From Orbicella franksi (lineage: Eukaryota): 64,000 nucleotides of DNA. The DNA lies in the NCBI GenBank assembly GCA_964199315.1, contig OZ116698.1:5208001-5272000 (forward strand), read 5' to 3'. Shown in pieces: positions 60,119-64,000 of this stretch. The notes beneath the pieces were generated by a model that had not been told where the DNA came from, did no database searches, and saw nothing but the letters and a program-made list of their open reading frames with translations. The translations under genes were made by a program, and so were the position numbers. Position 1 is the first letter of the stretch; every line of letters starts with the position of its first letter.

Positions 60119-63100
60119 ATGCCTGTGGCACAGCCAAAACCTGTAGTCATACATGCCCATGGCACATTGGCTGCTATGTCCACCAATGTAATTGCACAAA
60201 TGTTGTCTAAAAAGTTAGACTTTAAAAGGGTACAATCAATTCAATTTATTCCAAATGGCCATATTCAAGTTACTTTCACATCTACTGAGTACCGTAACAC
60301 CATTCTCGGAAACAAAGTCCTTTGGATCGACGATCTTCATGAACTCCAAGTCACGAAGTTGGACTCACCTGTAAGACCTGCCTATGTCCACTCTCTGCTG
60401 ACGGAAGCTGGTAACACCGGGACTCTCTTGGCGCTTGCCCCCTTTGCCAAAGTCCTCGACATCAGTCATCAGCATTTTTCCTGTTTCAAGCAAATTTCTA
60501 CAGGCACCCGCATCATTCACATGTCCTTGGAACATCGTGTTCCTTTTCATTGCAACATCCAAGGTTATCCATGCTGTGTCTGGTACTCTGGCCAGCCCCT
60601 CAAGTGTACCATCTGCAAGGGAGCCCACAAAGCTGCTGACTGCCCAGACAAAAACAAATGTAAGAGTTGTCATTTGCCTGGCCATTTTGCCAAGGATTGT
60701 AAAAATGCGTGGAGTACTACTCCTCAGGCCCATCATGCTCCTGCCGACCCTTCCACTGTCCCCAACCCTGATCCCCCTGCCCCTACCCCTGATCCTAATG
60801 CTGCACCTCCAGTGGATCCTGTGGCTAATCAAGCTCCACCTCCGTTGATGTCTTAAGATATTTTGTCTCCTCATCAATCTGTGGTGGAATCCATGATGTC
60901 TTGGGAAAGTCTTCTCATGGTGAGCTTGTCTCATCACAAGTCTCCACATTTTCTGGATCCGAAGCATTGAAGATTTTACAGAGGAAGAGATGGCGCCTTC
61001 CCCCATCCCTCTTCATCCCCCTAAATCTCCTCTTTTCCCAGCTCAGCTGACGCTAGTCAGAGCATTCTAAAAGATTGCGCAATTGTCTCTAGTGACCCAA
61101 TTGTGGTCGTACAAATTTCAACCGCTAACAGTAGTGTAGCTGGTCCAAAAGAGGCCATTGTAACCAAAAATAGTAATGTAGCTGGTCCAAAAGAGGCGAT
61201 TGTATCTAATAGTAGTGTGTCGGGTCCAAGAGTGGCCTATGGTACTAGAGTAGCTGGTCCAAGTTGCCGGATCTAACAATAGTAGTTCTAATAGTAGTTC
61301 TAAGGGTGAACCTACCCTACTCAAGTTAAGCCAAATTTATACAGTTCCTCAGTTTTACTTCTTGTATCCTTCTGGTGTTGCTGCTGATGCGGACTCTATT
61401 TCTTCCGAGTCCACTTTTAAGGCTCCTCATCCTCCTAAACCTCGTCGCTCTGTATCTCAGAGCCCTCAACGGGTGCCTTCTTGCTCCCCTCTGGTTCCAC
61501 ACACCCCTGGTTGTCTTAGGGGTATGCCTCAGACGTTGCACGATCAACCGTCTAGACACTCCTAGTCTTGTTCAAGCTGCCTTCCTATCTCCACATGGCT
61601 CTGTCCATAATTTCTCTTAATGTCAACGGCCTTTGTGAGTCTTCGAAGCATGGTCTTGTCCAGTGGTTGCAATCTCTTCCTGTCACTGTAGATGTAGAGT
61701 GTTTACAGGAAAGTCATTGTACCTCCGATGAGGAGTGTCGCTCTTCGTTTCCTTCTTCTAGGCTTAGTTTTGTTCTCTCTCCTGGTACCCGACGTTTTGG
61801 CGGCTGTATCATCCTTTATCATTCTGTTCTGCAGCTAATTAATTCTTGGTGTGAAGTTTCTGGTCATTCTTTGTTGTGTGAGTTTTCTTTATATGATGTT
61901 TTTTTGTGTGCTTTGCTTGTATGCTCCAAATCGCAACCCTGTTTGATACCTCTTCTTTAATGGCATCTCTGATGCTGTTCATCCCTCCCTTCCAACAGTT
62001 TTGTGCAGAGACTTCGATACGGTCTTTGACCACACCCTCAATTATTTCGGTTCTTGTGCTGATGACGCGTTGAGGGCGAGTACTCCTGCCTCAACTCGTC
62101 TTTTTGACTCATGTTGTGTAGTTGACATATGAAGATATCTTCACACAACCTCTTCTAGCTTTCCTTGGAACAGGTGGAACAGTCAGTTTGCATCCTGCAT
62201 TGATCTCGTGGGATGTCCTTATCTTTGGACTTCATCTGTGTCAGCTTGTGACATCATTCCTTTTCGCTTTTCTGACCATTGTGCTTCGCTGTTTACCTTA
62301 TCAATTCCTGATGTCATCCCTCCTGGTCCAGGTTTATGGAAATAAAATATCTCCATTCTTCAAGATACTGATTATACCAAATTGTTTACTGATTTCTGGC
62401 TTACTTGGCATTGCACTCAAAATAATTTTCTGTCCTTATCCAATTGATGGGAGCTTGGTAAACTTAAAATTAAAGATGTAACAATTGGGTATTGTTCCAA
62501 AAACGCTAAAGAGCGTCAGGCCAAACGAGCCCTTTCTTTCTCATTTGGCCCATATCAATCCAGTCTCACTGAGCTGTTCAGGTTTGACCTTGAGGCAGCT
62601 CGTGGTGCTCAAGTGCAGTCTAGAATTAGGTGGGCGGAGGAAGTGGAGCAGTCTTCCGCTTATTTCTTCTGACCCGAGAAGAAGCGATCACCTGATCGTC
62701 GCATTTCTGTGCTGAGACAAAATGATTGCATTATCACCTCTGACTTCACTGGTCTTTATGATTCTATCTCTTCTCTTTGGCTTGTTCACTTCTGAGCCTA
62801 TGGATGTTGCCACTCACGAGTCACTGTTGAGTAACATCTGCTCGACCTTGACTCCTGAGCAGGCTTCCTCTTGTGATGGTCTTCTGTATGTTGGTGAATG
62901 CTGTTCTGCTCTACTGGGCATGGCCAAAGGTAAGGCGCCTGGCTCTGATGGCCTGCCCATGGAGTTCTATGTTAAATTTTGGGACGTCCTAGGTCAAGAC
63001 CTTGTCTATGTCTTTAACTCCTGCTATCGTGGTTTTTTGTCTCTCTCAGCGTAGTGGTGCAATTTCTCTATTTTTTAAGAAGGGTCTTTTCTTCGGGACG

Positions 63101-64000
63101 TTGTCAACTATGCCACTCTGTCCAATGTCCCAGTCACTATTCTCTCCCTTGACCAGGAAAAGGCTTTTGATCGCTTTTAATGGTCTTTTATGCGTCAACA
63201 CTTACAGTCTATGGGCTTCGGATACTCCTTTGACAGCTGGGTTGATTTACTGTATCATAATGTGGGCAGTGGCTACCTGTTGCAACCTTTCTTCTTCTCT
63301 CGTGGTGTGCATCACAGTTGTCCTTTGTCTCCATTGTTATGTTTTAGTTTCCGAAATCGAAGATGTCTCCATTAATGCCAACCTGAGAATCATTGGTCTC
63401 TCTCTTCCTTGGTGTCCCAGCCCCGAAGCGTCCTATCTCTCGATATGCTGATAATACGTCCATCATTGTCACTGATGATGCTATCAAAGCAACCTTTGAG
63501 ACTTATTCCATCTTCGAGAGGTTCTGGCTCAAAACTAAACTTCTGCTAGAAGGCTAGGCAAGACCTTGTGTCTCGCTCTGTGGGTGTCCAACCTTCCCTC
63601 TTTGCTGGTTTTCGGTTGTGAGTGTGAAGTTTAAAGTGTGGTCCCTGGTCACTAAGTGGGTCAAACACTTTGCCAGCTCCCCGTTTAGCTGGACTTCATT
63701 CATGACTCACTGGTTCTCTTCTTGCTTTAATCCCACCCCTGTTCATGTTTTTTCTTGTCCTTTTGACTTTGATCCTAGGGTTCTACCTCATTTCTATGAG
63801 TCACTCATTCTGACCTGGCTTTCGCTTGATGACTCTTTTTTTGCTAGTCCCTCTGCTAGTGATGGGTTCATCTTCACCTCACTCTCTGACCCCCACTCTC
63901 TGATCCACTTTGGGATGATGACCAAATCTTGGTATCAGTACCTTCTATCTGAAAACTTGGGTACCCCCACTGTGTTGTTGAGTTCCTTACCACGTTGTGT
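60119..64000 (+). mobile_element. Family A copy (ORF1 plus ORF2, several internal deletions), running off the window end
   Basis: MPVAQPKPVVIHA...; ORF2 MALSIISLNVNGL at 61596; collinear with 12553-17040. Confidence 0.9.

Noticed and set aside
1-64000. CRISPR array, prokaryotic operon or host protein-coding gene
   Set aside because: No regular repeat-spacer array, and every ORF with recognisable motifs belongs to a eukaryotic transposable element.

Overview
Eukaryotic (animal) DNA, most likely an anthozoan cnidarian such as a stony coral. That assignment is an inference from the 5S sequence and from recognisable MITE/SINE termini. I see no host protein-coding gene and no CRISPR array. The window is a decayed tandem array of small-RNA genes: two near-complete 5S rRNA copies (- strand), three U2 snRNA 5' fragments with PSE promoters, two U2 3' fragments and two U1 snRNA 5' fragments. 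About 16 fragments of Tx1-clade (L1 group) non-LTR retrotransposons have invaded it, all on the + strand. At least three Tx1 lineages abut split U2 genes (Keno-like). One lineage ('family A') is joined to the U1 5' end in two tandem copies. Other elements are nested inside or between the Tx1 copies: a near-complete BEL/Pao LTR element (183-bp LTRs, CGGCC TSD, tRNA-Tyr PBS), a piggyBac, a Kolobok-type non-autonomous element, an ISL2EU-type element (THAP-DDE transposase plus YqaJ nuclease), a Harbinger fragment, a Penelope element with a hammerhead motif, a CR1/L2-group LINE, a solo LTR, an internally deleted Gypsy element, a MITE and a SINE fragment. The most interesting signal is family A. It sits at U1 nt ~3-19, its 5' UTR repeats exact 11-12-nt copies of the 5S internal-promoter boxes C and A, and its 3' tail keeps a tRNA T-loop/B-box hairpin and U1A-type AUUGCAC boxes just before the poly(A). 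Family labels A-D are mine and come from comparing copies by eye. No alignments or database searches were run.
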